A stretch of 64,000 bases of DNA, from positions 245,455-309,454 of the forward strand of contig VRVR01000006.1 of NCBI GenBank assembly GCA_009859145.1, given 5' to 3'. How positions within the stretch are numbered: position 1 is the stretch's first letter; each line of letters opens with the position of its first letter. This stretch comes from Andalucia godoyi And28 (taxonomy: Eukaryota > Protista > Jakobida). Both the position numbers and the translations under genes were made by a program. Positions 18,161 to 29,814 of the stretch are shown here, in pieces. Below the pieces are notes generated by a model that was not told the origin of the DNA, made no database searches, and saw nothing but the letters and a program-made list of their open reading frames with translations.

Positions 18161-21100
18161 TCAATGAAGGGGATTCCCCGTCTCCTCGTAGCTTCCTGAG
18201 ACGCGCTGGGAAGCATGTTTCGGATTTTGTCCGGATGTCCCAACAGTTCCGGGCGTCTGAACCACGGAGAGCGCAGTTCGAGGTCGCTTTCCATCACTTG
18301 AAGGGATTGCAGCGTCTGGGGATGACCGTTTCCGACACTTTGGGCTACTGTGTTTCGGAGAAAGCTCACCGTCACCTAAGTCTCCCCATAAATCATCCAC
18401 GAAATCGTCGTCAGTTCCTATTCTTGCCTGCGTCTCTTTCGCCAGGACATCTCCAGGAGGCCGACAAAAACTCAAGATTCCTTGTTGCGAGGAGGTTGTT
18501 CGTCTCTCGATTTCTTCCTGTTCCTGCTTTGCCTTTATCCTTGCCTCGGCTGCCGCAGCATGCCGCTTCTTTTCTGTGTTTTCGTATTGTGCTTTCAGCT
18601 CCTTCAAATCATCTGCCATTACGACTCCAAGAGACTCATCACTCCACTGACAGTCAAAACCGCTGAAGTCACGGGACGCGAACCAGTTCCAAATCTTTGG
18701 GAAAACAGAAGGCCCGTACTCTATCGCGCGATGATGCCCAACCTTCTCCACATTAGCAAACTCCATGAGACTGTGTGGCCTTGATTCAAAGATCCGCTTG
18801 ATTGCGACTTCGTCGAAAACTGCATTGGTTGAGATTTGCTTTTTCGAGGAGATTCCACGAACCCACTCCTGCATCATTTCGCGGAAGGAATCTTCATTAC
18901 TGGATGTATTCGGGCCGTTTGGAAACGAAAATGGAATACGTTGTGGAACAGCAACATGGCCTTTGAAAGCCTCCCAGACACTCGGGACCGCAGTCGGATG
19001 ACTTGGCGCAACTGCTCCTTTTGACGGCTTTTTAGCATTCCGCAACGAGGAAGAATTCACAGAGGCACCGACAACGTCATTGTCATCATCACTCACCAAG
19101 TCAATGATCTCCGAATCCGAATCAGATGCCAGCTTCTTCGGAATTTTGGAAGTCTGTTGCAACTTTAACGTGCCAATCCGCCGACTGACGGGAACAGCCG
19201 CCGTCGTCAGTGCTTTTGACACAATTGCTCGTGTCGAGGAGTCAGTCACACTCGGGTCGTCTTCTGTATTCACGGATGCCACGTCGCCGTCATCATCATC
19301 TTCATCATCGTCGTCGTCGTCATCATTATCGTTATCAAGGTCAAGAAGAGCTTGGTCGTCATTCTCACCTGCGTCGTCCAGGAGATCGTCATCATCCAAG
19401 TCATCTTCTCCATTGAAATGAGGCAAAGCCTCGCCGCTTGCAGACCCTCTGCTTTTTGCTCGAACACTAGGAGCAGTCGCTTGCCCAGCGGCCTTTGTCG
19501 GCTTCTTCACCACGTCTTTCTGCTGAATTGAGACTTTCAGTGCATTTTGGAAGACCAGTTTGCCGTACTCCGGACCCTGAACAAGTTTTTGAGCAGCGAT
19601 CCGCATGCCTCCCCGAAACCCCCCGCGAGACTTTCGACCTCGGAAACGAGATCCACTGTGTCCCACTTCGAAGGAAATGCGCTCTTCTTCAAGCACGCCA
19701 AGATCTATCAGTTTCTCCAATACCTGACCTGTAAACACCATAGTCTTACCCTTTAGAGCAGCGCATAAATCTTCTTTGAACGAAACCCAAGACCGCTGCT
19801 GTTCGGCAAGAGCGTCGAGACCAGTTTTTTTCATATGTGCGATTTGGATTGTCAGGGTCTTGGTGATGATCTTCTTGCGGACCTGCAGTCTGATGGGAAT
19901 CTGGGCAATCATTTTGGCAATGTCAGTGACATCCAGACTTTTGTATGTGGGCAGTGATTCCGCTGCGCCGGGATTGTTTCGTCGGACACAGTTATCACAA
20001 TGGTTATTACACATTGCAGAATTAAAGGTTTCCCCAAAATACTTCAGCTGAATCACTCTCCGGCATTCTGAGCGCTCATCGCAGTAAGCGATCATCTCGT
20101 CCAACATCCGGACGGCGTCGCGACTTGCCGCATGGCCAGCAGCTTCCATGATGGACAACAATCTGGATTTGTCTCCTTTGGAGAAAAGAAGAATGCACTT
20201 GGATTCCAGCCCATCTCTGCCCGCACGTCCTGATTCTTGATAGTACGACTCAATGGATTTTGGCATGCAGTAGTGAATGACGAAGCGAACATCACTCTTG
20301 TTGATTCCCATGCCGAATGCAATGGTTGCGCAAATGATCTGGCATCGACCAGTCGTCCATTGCCGCTGGGCAGTTTCTCGCTGCACATCCGCCATTCCAG
20401 CATGGTACGCCGTAGCGACGAAACCGATTTTGGCTTCATTGATTATCTCGGCAATTGCCTCTGTCTCCTTTTTTGACAAGCAGTATACAATCCCGCACTG
20501 ACCCTTGAAAGGTGTTAGAATGTTGACGAGTTGTTTCTTGTCTTTCGCACCTTGGCGATGAACCACGGAATAGTGCAGATTCGTCCGGTTGAAAGACGTT
20601 CGCAGAAGGACCGGTGAGCGCAGCTTCAGTGACGATATAACATCTCCAATGACACGTTCTGTTGCCGTAGCTGTCAAGGCGACAAAATTCGCGTTGAACC
20701 ACCGATCTCGAAATTCTCCTAATTTCTCATAATCCTTGCGAAAATCATGTCCCCATTGGGAAACGCAGTGTGCTTCATCAATCACTACGTAGTTTAGCAA
20801 ACCATTTTGGTGAAGGAAGTCAATCTGACTGAGAGTCCACTTCGACGCCTGCAGCCTCTCAGGTGTCAAATAGATGAGTTTCATTTCATCATTCGCTGCC
20901 TTTGCGAAGCATTCACGACTTTCCTCGAGCGTTGTGCCTTGTCGCAAAGCACAAGCAGGGACTTCATTTGCGATTAGACTGTCTACTTGGTCCTGCATGA
21001 GAGCAACGAGCGGAGAAATGACAATGCAGACACCACGCTGCAGCAATGGAGGAAGCTGATAAATGAGACTCTTTCCGCCACCTGTAGGCATAAGTACAAA

Positions 21101-22828
21101 CACGTCTTGAGAGCCCATCATTGCATTCATGGCTTCCAGTTGATTCATTCGGAAGTTCACGATGCCCCACCGCTGTCGAGCAATTGTTGAGAGTGAGTCC
21201 GACCATGGAAAGTTTGATTTCTTCCAGTCTGTATGTGTCGGAAGCTGTCCGTAAGAGCGCACTCGGTCCGTTAAAACAGATCCGTATGACTGATGTGTTC
21301 TGGACGAGTTTGCAGACATTGTCGTAGACATGTAAGACGACGAGTCAAATGGATCAAACCGGGGATTCGACTCGCTGCTGCGAGGATGCGAAGCAGACTG
21401 GCCTTCTGCGCGAGGCCTCGTCACCACGGCGTCACTCGAGGCAGAAACCAGCAACGATGCTCCCACTCGAGATGCGTCCTGCAGCATAGAATAGACATCC
21501 ACAGGCTGTTGTTCATTCACTGACGATCCACGAACAGGAGTGCCCTTGGGGAAAGCGGAAGACGTCGACGTATCAGTCCGGTGCATCTCGCTCTGACTGT
21601 CTCTGGAAGCTGTCAAATCCCAAGTGTCTGAAAAGCTGTCTCCGGGGGCCGCGTCGGGCGGGGACGATGTGAACTGCTGCATCGGAACAGGAGTCACAGC
21701 AGAATTATTGTATCGAGCACGGGTATCACGCACGCGATTTGCGTCAGAACTGTGATTCGGCTTGTCTGCAGTAGGCAAGCCATGCACGGTGGCCTTGTTC
21801 TGATTTGCAGAGGACGGTGGGTATTGTGGAAAAGGCAGCGCCAAAGTGGACTGTGGGGTGTTCGCCCGCTCGCGCCGAAGGGCCTTTTCCGCCGTGATCA
21901 TGGCAGAGATTCTGTCCAACCGACTGACATGATCCTCCACTTCTCGTAGTTTCTGCTGTCTTTCTTGTGGATCAGTCAAAAAAGACAAGAATGTCTGTAC
22001 GCGAGAAAGAGAGCGATTCCCGAGGTCAGCGACGTAGTGCTGCCAACTCGACAATGTGTCAGCCGGTGCGCCTTTGATAGCCTTCAAAGCCTCCTCTTCA
22101 GACGCAGTCGGCAGAATTTCAACCAGAGAAGCTTGCACAGACGGCGTGCAGGGGGAAGAAAAAGACACATTGGAAAACTGTGGGGTGGCAGGAACTGAAT
22201 TACTGCTGGATGAAACGCAGGACCGAGGAGCCGGTGGGGGTGGCATTGGATACGTAGACGCTCGGCTTGAGTATAAATCCTCCACATGTGTCGATACAGA
22301 GGCGGATGAGCTCTCAACAACAACTTGGCTGGTAATGAAGTCTGCATCGTCCAGATCTGCAGCAGTCAGCTCTGCAGCAATGTCAGAGACGCGAGGTCCA
22401 CGAGAAACACGTCGAGGCTGCTCAGCGATCCGCCGACTTGCAGAACTTGGCACCGGCGGTCTGTGACCGGTACCAAGAGAAGCTCTGTCGTTTTCGATTT
22501 CCGGATTTCGTGAGACGAGAGATGGCGCAGAAGGGCCAGCTGGATTCCGATCTGGGATGCTTCGCCGGAATTCTCGAAGTTCCCTCGCGCCATCAGGAGA
22601 GAGAATGACGTCCATGATTTTATCTCTCCTTTTGGTATCATCGTCTGCGGAATATTCGAACAGAGACGGGACCATCTCATGCCGGTCTGCATTGGGAGCT
22701 GCCTTGGGATTTTGCGTGGGAAGCGAATACGAAAAACCATTGGCCAGCGAACTTTTCAGATTCTCTTGTACCCACTTGAGCTGGGCCCCATGATTGTTAT
22801 CCTTAACAGCCCACGCCATGTCGTGCAA
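18161..22828 (-). CDS. BLM: RecQ DNA helicase, BLM/Sgs1/RecQ4A-like (helicase, RQC and HRDC domains)
   Basis: MPTGGGKSLIYQLP, DEAHCVSQWGHDFR, ATIAFGMGINK, YYQESGRAGRDG, CRR..YFGE...CDNC and an HRDC-like segment. Confidence 0.93.
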   Translation of the reverse strand: MHDMAWAVKDNNHGAQLKWVQENLKSSLANGFSYSLPTQNPKAAPNADRHEMVPSLFEYSADDDTKRRDKIMDVILSPDGARELREFRRSIPDRNPAGPSAPSLVSRNPEIENDRASLGTGHRPPVPSSASRRIAEQPRRVSRGPRVSDIAAELTAADLDDADFITSQVVVESSSASVSTHVEDLYSSRASTYPMPPPPAPRSCVSSSSNSVPATPQFSNVSFSSPCTPSVQASLVEILPTASEEEALKAIKGAPADTLSSWQHYVADLGNRSLSRVQTFLSFLTDPQERQQKLREVEDHVSRLDRISAMITAEKALRRERANTPQSTLALPFPQYPPSSANQNKATVHGLPTADKPNHSSDANRVRDTRARYNNSAVTPVPMQQFTSSPPDAAPGDSFSDTWDLTASRDSQSEMHRTDTSTSSAFPKGTPVRGSSVNEQQPVDVYSMLQDASRVGASLLVSASSDAVVTRPRAEGQSASHPRSSESNPRFDPFDSSSYMSTTMSANSSRTHQSYGSVLTDRVRSYGQLPTHTDWKKSNFPWSDSLSTIARQRWGIVNFRMNQLEAMNAMMGSQDVFVLMPTGGGKSLIYQLPPLLQRGVCIVISPLVALMQDQVDSLIANEVPACALRQGTTLEESRECFAKAANDEMKLIYLTPERLQASKWTLSQIDFLHQNGLLNYVVIDEAHCVSQWGHDFRKDYEKLGEFRDRWFNANFVALTATATERVIGDVISSLKLRSPVLLRTSFNRTNLHYSVVHRQGAKDKKQLVNILTPFKGQCGIVYCLSKKETEAIAEIINEAKIGFVATAYHAGMADVQRETAQRQWTTGRCQIICATIAFGMGINKSDVRFVIHYCMPKSIESYYQESGRAGRDGLESKCILLFSKGDKSRLLSIMEAAGHAASRDAVRMLDEMIAYCDERSECRRVIQLKYFGETFNSAMCNNHCDNCVRRNNPGAAESLPTYKSLDVTDIAKMIAQIPIRLQVRKKIITKTLTIQIAHMKKTGLDALAEQQRSWVSFKEDLCAALKGKTMVFTGQVLEKLIDLGVLEEERISFEVGHSGSRFRGRKSRGGFRGGMRIAAQKLVQGPEYGKLVFQNALKVSIQQKDVVKKPTKAAGQATAPSVRAKSRGSASGEALPHFNGEDDLDDDDLLDDAGENDDQALLDLDNDNDDDDDDDEDDDDGDVASVNTEDDPSVTDSSTRAIVSKALTTAAVPVSRRIGTLKLQQTSKIPKKLASDSDSEIIDLVSDDDNDVVGASVNSSSLRNAKKPSKGAVAPSHPTAVPSVWEAFKGHVAVPQRIPFSFPNGPNTSSNEDSFREMMQEWVRGISSKKQISTNAVFDEVAIKRIFESRPHSLMEFANVEKVGHHRAIEYGPSVFPKIWNWFASRDFSGFDCQWSDESLGVVMADDLKELKAQYENTEKKRHAAAAEARIKAKQEQEEIERRTTSSQQGILSFCRPPGDVLAKETQARIGTDDDFVDDLWGDLGDGELSPKHSSPKCRKRSSPDAAIPSSDGKRPRTALSVVQTPGTVGTSGQNPKHASQRVSGSYEETGNPLH

Positions 22829-23747
22829 AAAGATGGAGCCGCAAGCTGCGTTTCAAACCCCGGAGCCAGAATGTTGTTCTAGCAGTGAAAACCAAAGAAC
22901 AAACGAACAATCAATCGAAGAAGCAAAACCGAACAAGCAAAACCGAACAAGGTAAACTCAACAAACGAAAAAGATCAGAGAACTGCCAACACGCCGCCGA
23001 TGCATGCTGTTTAATCCGAATTTCGCCAAGGTTTTTCCCTTTGGGTTTGAAACTCACGTGGGCTTGGATGGTACACTCAAGCGCTCCAAAATTATTTGAG
23101 CGCCAAAACGCGCCAAAATTCCAAGTACGACAGCGTGCACTGCTCTTCAGAAGAAACGAGGGGCACATTGGGGTCCAGCAGCCGCTCGCCAAAGCATGAA
23201 TCATTATTGATCATCCGCTAAGCTGCCACCGAAGACAGATCCAAGCTACATGTTGTTTTCTATTTTTATTTCGGGGCCGAGCACCAACTCTTCAATGCAG
23301 ATTGCTCTGAGATGTTTTTTGTCTTTGATGAAAGCAGGTGCTTGAGGGTTCGATTATATAAAACACCAACAGAAGGAATAATAGAAAGAAGGAAAAAAAG
23401 TGGTGAAGTTTCTCGACTTCAATACGCCTACATTATACACTGAGCATGCACATCTACGAACAGACATGCATCTGATGGATGGCTACGGGTGTTGCGTTAA
23501 AGAGTGTCGAAAATGCGGAGCCTGTGCCACTGGCTGAATTTTGGCCGAGCGTGCATAAGCACGAATTCCCTGTGAGACAAACGTGCTAGTGGCGGCCAGT
23601 ATTGACCGTGTCTGTTTATGGATACTTCCGTACGCATGACCATGAGGCGTTATTATTCAACGGCAAGACAACCGTGTTGGTTTGATGTTCAATGCTGATG
23701 CACAAAGCTGTCAACCAGTTCAACTAGACGATATATCTACAGGCTGT

Positions 23748-26700
23748 TTACTTGTTCTTTCCAGCGATACGAGAGGAGCGTCTAGCTGGGGACATCAATT
23801 CCTTGGTGTCGACTTCTTCAGCATTCGAATCCAATTCTTCGACTGCTATCTTCGGTCTTTTCAGGGATTTTGCCTTGCCAGCGATACGGACATTCGCGGT
23901 TTCCTTCTGCGGGGAAGAGTCCTCGGCATTGTTCGCGGATGGCTTGCGACTAGAATCTGCATCTGATTGAGAAGATACGCCCGAGCCCACAGCAGTGGAG
24001 AGCACAGCCTCATCAACATTATGCTTCTTTGCACTTGATTTTCTCTTTGATCCAGCGGCTGGAGAAAAGGCGAGAGATGCGGATGCATCCGTTGCAGCGA
24101 GTGCAACATGCGCCTCAGGGGACATCAAAAGATGCCCATTCGTGCTATCTAACATGCGTGCAGTTCTACGCGTAACACGAGTGCTGGCGTTGGAACTGGC
24201 AACAGACGCTATGGATTCCGCATCCGACACGTCAGCATCAGCGGTCTTTGAACGTGTACGAGCAGAGCGACGCGGAGACATCATCACTTGGGAGCATTCA
24301 TCATCAGTGTTCATCGACGCATCTGAATCTGCGGCAGTGGCGGACGACAATTTCACGAAAGGAGTGCGAGAGTGGCGCTTTGAAGTAGGGAGCGAAGGCG
24401 CTGCTATCGCCAAATTATCGTTGACGGCGTCACCAACAACAATACAAGACGCCATTGTGGGCAAAATTCCTCTAACCGCTTTCTGGATGGAAATGACATC
24501 GATAGACTTGATAATATCATCAACAGACGGCGTCAGCTGCGGGATCTTCTCGCTGCCCGCAATCGCGTCTTTCATGTTGACGTCGACGTTGTAATCCACA
24601 GCGACATCCGACGGATGGACTGATGCAATCTTCAGAGTAAGAAATGCTGAAACAAACGATTCAAACACAGAAGACAGAGGGGGCAAAAGATGGGAGGGGC
24701 CTGAAAACGCGAAATCAAAAGACGAAATACGATCCGGTTTGCTCACCGTTTCATCGGCTACTGGTTTCTTTCGCCGAGAATCACGAGACCTGGCAAACGA
24801 CAGACTCGCCTCGAAATCAGAAAGCGTCTTCGAGGCCAGCACAGAAACAGAGGCAGACTGACGGAGTTTGAGAGACTCCGCGAGAACATCTGCACCACAA
24901 AACACAAAGCGTTTCTCAGCATTCAGCACAGTCAGCAATGCCCGGCCTGATTCTCTGGGTAGTGGAAAGTACACGATGCCATGCACTGGATTCTTCCGGA
25001 AAGAGAAAGACGACACAGGAGCTGCAGTTGATGGTCGGAACACCTGAATGACATGATTCTTTGCACTCACAACCTTTTTCTGTCCCTTTTGTCTCTGCTC
25101 TAGCTCAGTCTCTGCCTTCGATTTGCGCGACTTGGGCGTCGAGCACTGGAGCTTGACCGCAACGGAAAATTCGGGAGCAAAGGGATTCACGGCAAACGCG
25201 TACGTTTGAATCTCAAGATTGTACCATAGCGTTCCAGTTAACAGATTCCAGACCGACACAGACGATTTCGATCTAACCACAACGAATGAGGACTCTGGCA
25301 GGAAAGCAACGTTGAGAATGGTTTGCCCGTCATGCATCGGACTGGATAAGGTCAAAACAGCCTTCAGCGACGCAGTATCAATCAAAATAAGAGAAGAGCC
25401 GTACGACAGCGCAAGAAGTGAACCGTCATGACAATACGCGCAAGCGGTGCATGGGCGAGCATCGAACGACCCTAATGATTCACCGATCCATGTGCGGACA
25501 GAGGAACTCCGTCCTTGCAGATCCTGCGTAACTTGCTTCCATAAAAACACAGTACCGTCAGCTGCAACCGAGACAAGTTCCTCCTTCTTTGGGTGGAACG
25601 CCAAAGCATTAACTTCCGATCCATGGGGCCTCTCGACTCTCGTTGTGAGTTCGTACAATGACGAGCCCTTCACTGCATGCCAAAATTTCATCGCCTGCGT
25701 ATTTTCTCGATCTCTGTCAAGTCGATCAACAGTAACAAGCCAGGAGCCAGCATGGGAAAATGCAGACAAGAAAAGCTCCACAAGAGGGAGGGGACGATCA
25801 TTCTCAACGCGAGAAAAGGAGTTTCCAGAACCAAGCGACAGCACGCCTGCGGACCGGTCCTCTATCAAATTGTAGAACTGGACAGAATTCGGAGTGCCAT
25901 TGAGACACACCAATCCATTACGAGGCTCAACGATGAGTCCAGAAAACAGCTTGTGATTTGGGATTGGACTGACATGGGCGTACTGAAGACCATTGTAGAC
26001 GAACTGCAGTTTTCTGGAAGCAGCATTCACCAGCCGCACAGAATTATCAGCGCAGACAACTGCGTAGAACTCCATATTTGGAGATATTGACACACCACAG
26101 ATGGGAGCTCCCAAGCGAGGCATGAACACTTTCGAATTGGACTCCAATTGCCAGAGAACGAGCACGGCTTCTTCTCCAGCCGAAAGGAGATATCCGCTGT
26201 CTAAAGTAAACTGCAGTGCTGCGACCTTGTGTGCGTGCCAGTGAAGGAGGGTCATTCTCTTCGACGGCAGGTAAATGAGCCGAATACGACCTGTCAAATC
26301 GCCAAGAGCAACACAAGAGCCATCCGGCGCGACAGCAAAAGAAGACACTTCAATCTGGGGGAGAGGGAGATTATCAATGAATCGTGCATTCTTGAAGCCT
26401 TCCCGAGTGTCAATTAGATGCACCGACGATTTTCCAATTGCAATTAGCAGATTCTGATTTGCGCAGCAACGCATGCCGAGGAAGAATTTCGACGAGGATA
26501 TTTCGTTAAACTTCCCTTCCTCAACAGAATACCAACCAATCCTATGCTTTCCGTCTATTTTCCCACAGACAAACGGGAAATTCGCATCCCCATCAGAATC
26601 GTGAATGGCAAATGCAGTCAATGAAAATGGAAAAGAGAGGGATCGAACAAGAAGTCCAGTTTCATAATTCCACAATTGAAGTTGTCTATCATGGTTGCAA

Positions 26701-26906
26701 ATCCACGCGTGATCCCGCTGAACCTTGTGCATTGATACGCCAACCACGCCGCCCTTGCTGCACGAAAGCGTCCGAATGCACATTCCAGTTTGCACACCAA
26801 ATACCTTGACCGCATCTCCGCACGCAACGAGAAAAACGAGTCCATCATGCGAGAACACAGGGGCAAGACTGCCCATAAACCCTCCGGCAAACGAAACTGT
26901 CTCCAT
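23748..26906 (-). CDS. WDR75: WD-repeat SSU processome protein WDR75/Utp17
   Basis: LLHWHAHKV, LLSAGEEAVLVLWQL and PRLGAPI motifs, with multiple WD repeats. Confidence 0.9.
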   Translation of the reverse strand: METVSFAGGFMGSLAPVFSHDGLVFLVACGDAVKVFGVQTGMCIRTLSCSKGGVVGVSMHKVQRDHAWICNHDRQLQLWNYETGLLVRSLSFPFSLTAFAIHDSDGDANFPFVCGKIDGKHRIGWYSVEEGKFNEISSSKFFLGMRCCANQNLLIAIGKSSVHLIDTREGFKNARFIDNLPLPQIEVSSFAVAPDGSCVALGDLTGRIRLIYLPSKRMTLLHWHAHKVAALQFTLDSGYLLSAGEEAVLVLWQLESNSKVFMPRLGAPICGVSISPNMEFYAVVCADNSVRLVNAASRKLQFVYNGLQYAHVSPIPNHKLFSGLIVEPRNGLVCLNGTPNSVQFYNLIEDRSAGVLSLGSGNSFSRVENDRPLPLVELFLSAFSHAGSWLVTVDRLDRDRENTQAMKFWHAVKGSSLYELTTRVERPHGSEVNALAFHPKKEELVSVAADGTVFLWKQVTQDLQGRSSSVRTWIGESLGSFDARPCTACAYCHDGSLLALSYGSSLILIDTASLKAVLTLSSPMHDGQTILNVAFLPESSFVVVRSKSSVSVWNLLTGTLWYNLEIQTYAFAVNPFAPEFSVAVKLQCSTPKSRKSKAETELEQRQKGQKKVVSAKNHVIQVFRPSTAAPVSSFSFRKNPVHGIVYFPLPRESGRALLTVLNAEKRFVFCGADVLAESLKLRQSASVSVLASKTLSDFEASLSFARSRDSRRKKPVADETVSKPDRISSFDFAFSGPSHLLPPLSSVFESFVSAFLTLKIASVHPSDVAVDYNVDVNMKDAIAGSEKIPQLTPSVDDIIKSIDVISIQKAVRGILPTMASCIVVGDAVNDNLAIAAPSLPTSKRHSRTPFVKLSSATAADSDASMNTDDECSQVMMSPRRSARTRSKTADADVSDAESIASVASSNASTRVTRRTARMLDSTNGHLLMSPEAHVALAATDASASLAFSPAAGSKRKSSAKKHNVDEAVLSTAVGSGVSSQSDADSSRKPSANNAEDSSPQKETANVRIAGKAKSLKRPKIAVEELDSNAEEVDTKELMSPARRSSRIAGKNK

Positions 26907-27296
26907 GACCGGCGGAGCTGGCTTACTCTTTCAAATGAAACAATTTCAAAAATCTGCGAAAAGAAAATAATAATAATAATAATAAAAAAGAAGACCAAAA
27001 CAAATAGAGAGCAATAAGGCTGAGAAGAATAGCAAAGGCGAAAGTTTTTTTTCGTGTCTCTTTGCATCAAGCCTCAAGCGCCGTTCATGTCCTCTTCCCC
27101 TGGAATGTCGAAGTCTGTAGACCAAGTCGGATAAAACACGAGCCCTTCAACCAGTCGAGAGCCTCTCATCCAATAGGAACGGAGAACAGCATGCACTGCA
27201 AAGGGCGTGCGAGTTCGTCGTTTTTTCTTCTTCGTCTTTCTTCATCTTTTTTTCTTTCTTTTGGTGGAGTATTCACAATAAAGTGAGTGTTTTCTC

Positions 27297-29576
27297 ATGT
27301 CTGTGCACAGTTTCAGTGGAAGCGTTCCAAGCGGAGGAGGGTTCCGCAAGCCGTCTGCTTCCTCTGTGGTTTCCGGCTCGACTGCTGGAACCATTCGGAC
27401 TGTTTTGCCGCGAAATCTGTCTTTTGATCCGCGATCCAGTTTCTTGTCTCCCGATTTTGATGTTGCTCGCTTTGTTAGTGACATGCGGCACAAGGTACCT
27501 TTGTCGTCCCTTAAGAATGATTTGGAAAAGTACCTAGAATGGGTTCAAGGAGAGATGGTCGACCTGATCAACCGTGATTACTCCGAGTTCATTGGAGTCT
27601 CTCGTGCCATTTCGGATGTTGGTGAGGCGATTGAGAAAATGAAGACTCCGCTGTCTCAGCTTTATACATCAATGGAGAGCCACTATGGGTCTCTAGAAAA
27701 GAGTTTGCAGCAAATTCAGGAAAAATTACAAGAACGAGTTCGGTTGCTAGTTCGAAAAGAACGCGTCCTTCGTGCTTCGTCAGCAAAGCAAAGACTCGAA
27801 GACGCGGAAAAGCTGGTTGCGCGGCTTCCGAGTGGCTCTATGGCTGCTGGTCAAGCTGTTTTCGAGGATGTATTGGCAGATGTGGCGGTTCTCGTCGAAG
27901 TTCTGATATTACTTCGATTGGACGCGCATTCTCTAAAGCACGAGCCGTTTGGGTTTCCTCTGTCGTCCGTCGAAGGGATCTTTTCCAGGGCTGACCATTT
28001 CCTGGCACAACTTCTAGTGCACGCATTGCATGCTGCTCGTGTTGACTACGCTGTCGAGATTCTAACGTTCTTCTCACAATTGAAGATGGAGAGACGGGCA
28101 GAAGAGATTCTTTCCCAGCACGTTCACATCTCTGTTCTAGGAATCTTCACCGAAGCACTCAAGCAAAATTCCCAGAACGCAGAGAAGGTCGCGTATGTTT
28201 TCGAAAATGTTGTGACGACCGTCATCCTGAAGTTAGGAGATCTCATGTCCACTGTGGATGAATCGGAAGAGCTGTCCGCAGTGTACAATATCGTGGGAAA
28301 TTCTATTTGGCCAACCGTTTCCTCTCTCATTTGCGAGAAGTTACCATTTATTTTCTCTCCGGGTCTCCCTGATGCTTTTCAGATGTATTACAACATGTCC
28401 CTTCATCTACTCCAGCGGTTTGCTGCAATGTGCAAAGCAGAGGGGCAGCGGTCGTATTTATTTTCCAGTCATGCAACGACAGAGTTCAAATCTCGCTGGA
28501 ACACATCTGTTTATTTCCAACTAAGATTTCAAGAAATAGTGAGCGGCTTGGAGGAGCAGCTAAAGAATCCGCTGCAGCTGTGTATGGGGACTGTCGAAAA
28601 CACGTACCATTTCACATCTTCTGTCCACTGCTTCAGCACAATACGAAGATGCTGGTCAGATGATGTATTTATCCCTTCGCTTTTCCTGCGAATGCTCCGT
28701 CTTACATTCCAGATCTGTTCTCGTTTCTTTTCCTGCTTGCGAGATGTCGTTTCAGGAGCCAGTACAAAGTTTGATGTTGACCTGCTAACATGCTTGTGGA
28801 TTCAACATGACGTGCAGACATTCATCTCCGAGATTGATTCTGATTTGGTACCACTTGTCATTCTGCGATCAAAAGACCTGTCGACAGAATCGGAGCTGTC
28901 TCAGAAGTTCGCAGCTGCAATTCAATCATGTCAGACCCAGATCGGGGGTCTCAGTTCTGTAGTAGGGGTGCGGGTGGTGGAACTGCTGTCTACTGCGTCC
29001 TCGGAAGCCTTGAAGGGGCTCCGAAGCATTTCGGGTATGTACAGGGGAACGAGCAAAGTGCCGTCTGCTCCTCTTCCATATGTGGCCTCTGTTTTTGTGC
29101 CAATGCAGCGTTTTGTCGCGGACGCTCGACAACGGAAGATCAGCGAGCAAGTTACAGTTTCATGGCTGACAAATGCTGTGGAGAATGTAGCTCGGAATTT
29201 CTATGACGGAGCTTCCGAGTTGCTGACTGCCGTGCGCAAAACCCAAACATCTCTTGCGAAATTGATGTCTCATAAAGCGAAGCCGCTGAGTGCTGAGGGC
29301 AACGCGGGGGATTTGTCGGACTTGAAGCGAGTATGCATGCAGCTGTCCTTCGATGTAGAGGAGTTTTCCAGACAGTGTTCGGTGATTTCGGAAGGCAGAA
29401 TCGTCGGCACGAGTGTATCTGCAGTTTCTGGTTTGCTGAAGCTGATTAGGATGCAGTCGGACGTAGAGGTGCGTGGCGTGAATTCATTTCCGAATGCTGA
29501 TGTCAGTGCTGGCGAGACGGACCTGCTGCAAGAGACGAATGACAACGATCAGACTGTTGTCGAGACCGGCCAGTAG
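27297..29576 (+). CDS. COG2: Conserved oligomeric Golgi complex subunit 2
   Basis: FDVARFVSD...LINRDYSEF, FSPGLPDAFQMYY and RWNTSVYFQLRFQEI motifs. Confidence 0.93.
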   Translation: MSVHSFSGSVPSGGGFRKPSASSVVSGSTAGTIRTVLPRNLSFDPRSSFLSPDFDVARFVSDMRHKVPLSSLKNDLEKYLEWVQGEMVDLINRDYSEFIGVSRAISDVGEAIEKMKTPLSQLYTSMESHYGSLEKSLQQIQEKLQERVRLLVRKERVLRASSAKQRLEDAEKLVARLPSGSMAAGQAVFEDVLADVAVLVEVLILLRLDAHSLKHEPFGFPLSSVEGIFSRADHFLAQLLVHALHAARVDYAVEILTFFSQLKMERRAEEILSQHVHISVLGIFTEALKQNSQNAEKVAYVFENVVTTVILKLGDLMSTVDESEELSAVYNIVGNSIWPTVSSLICEKLPFIFSPGLPDAFQMYYNMSLHLLQRFAAMCKAEGQRSYLFSSHATTEFKSRWNTSVYFQLRFQEIVSGLEEQLKNPLQLCMGTVENTYHFTSSVHCFSTIRRCWSDDVFIPSLFLRMLRLTFQICSRFFSCLRDVVSGASTKFDVDLLTCLWIQHDVQTFISEIDSDLVPLVILRSKDLSTESELSQKFAAAIQSCQTQIGGLSSVVGVRVVELLSTASSEALKGLRSISGMYRGTSKVPSAPLPYVASVFVPMQRFVADARQRKISEQVTVSWLTNAVENVARNFYDGASELLTAVRKTQTSLAKLMSHKAKPLSAEGNAGDLSDLKRVCMQLSFDVEEFSRQCSVISEGRIVGTSVSAVSGLLKLIRMQSDVEVRGVNSFPNADVSAGETDLLQETNDNDQTVVETGQ

Positions 29577-29814
29577 CACCGTCATTTCTCATTAACTTCT
29601 TCCTCTTTTACAAACTCTGTAATCTACAAAAAAAATCGCTCAGCTCGAAGTGTATTTCGGAACGATGTCCGACAGCCATGTCCGCATCGATTAAATATTA
29701 TCTCCAGACGAGTTCCTGATTCTTGATTGCCTGACCTCACAAAAACGGTTTTTTATGAGCTGCAGATGTATTGTGAAAATCCGTTAGCGACGTCTTGGAA
29801 ACGTCGGGCACGAA

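Noticed and set aside
22885-23700. Short ORFs in the RecQ-WDR75 gap (e.g. MINNDSCFGERLLDP..., 40 aa)
   Set aside because: No consistent spliced model or recognisable motif could be built.
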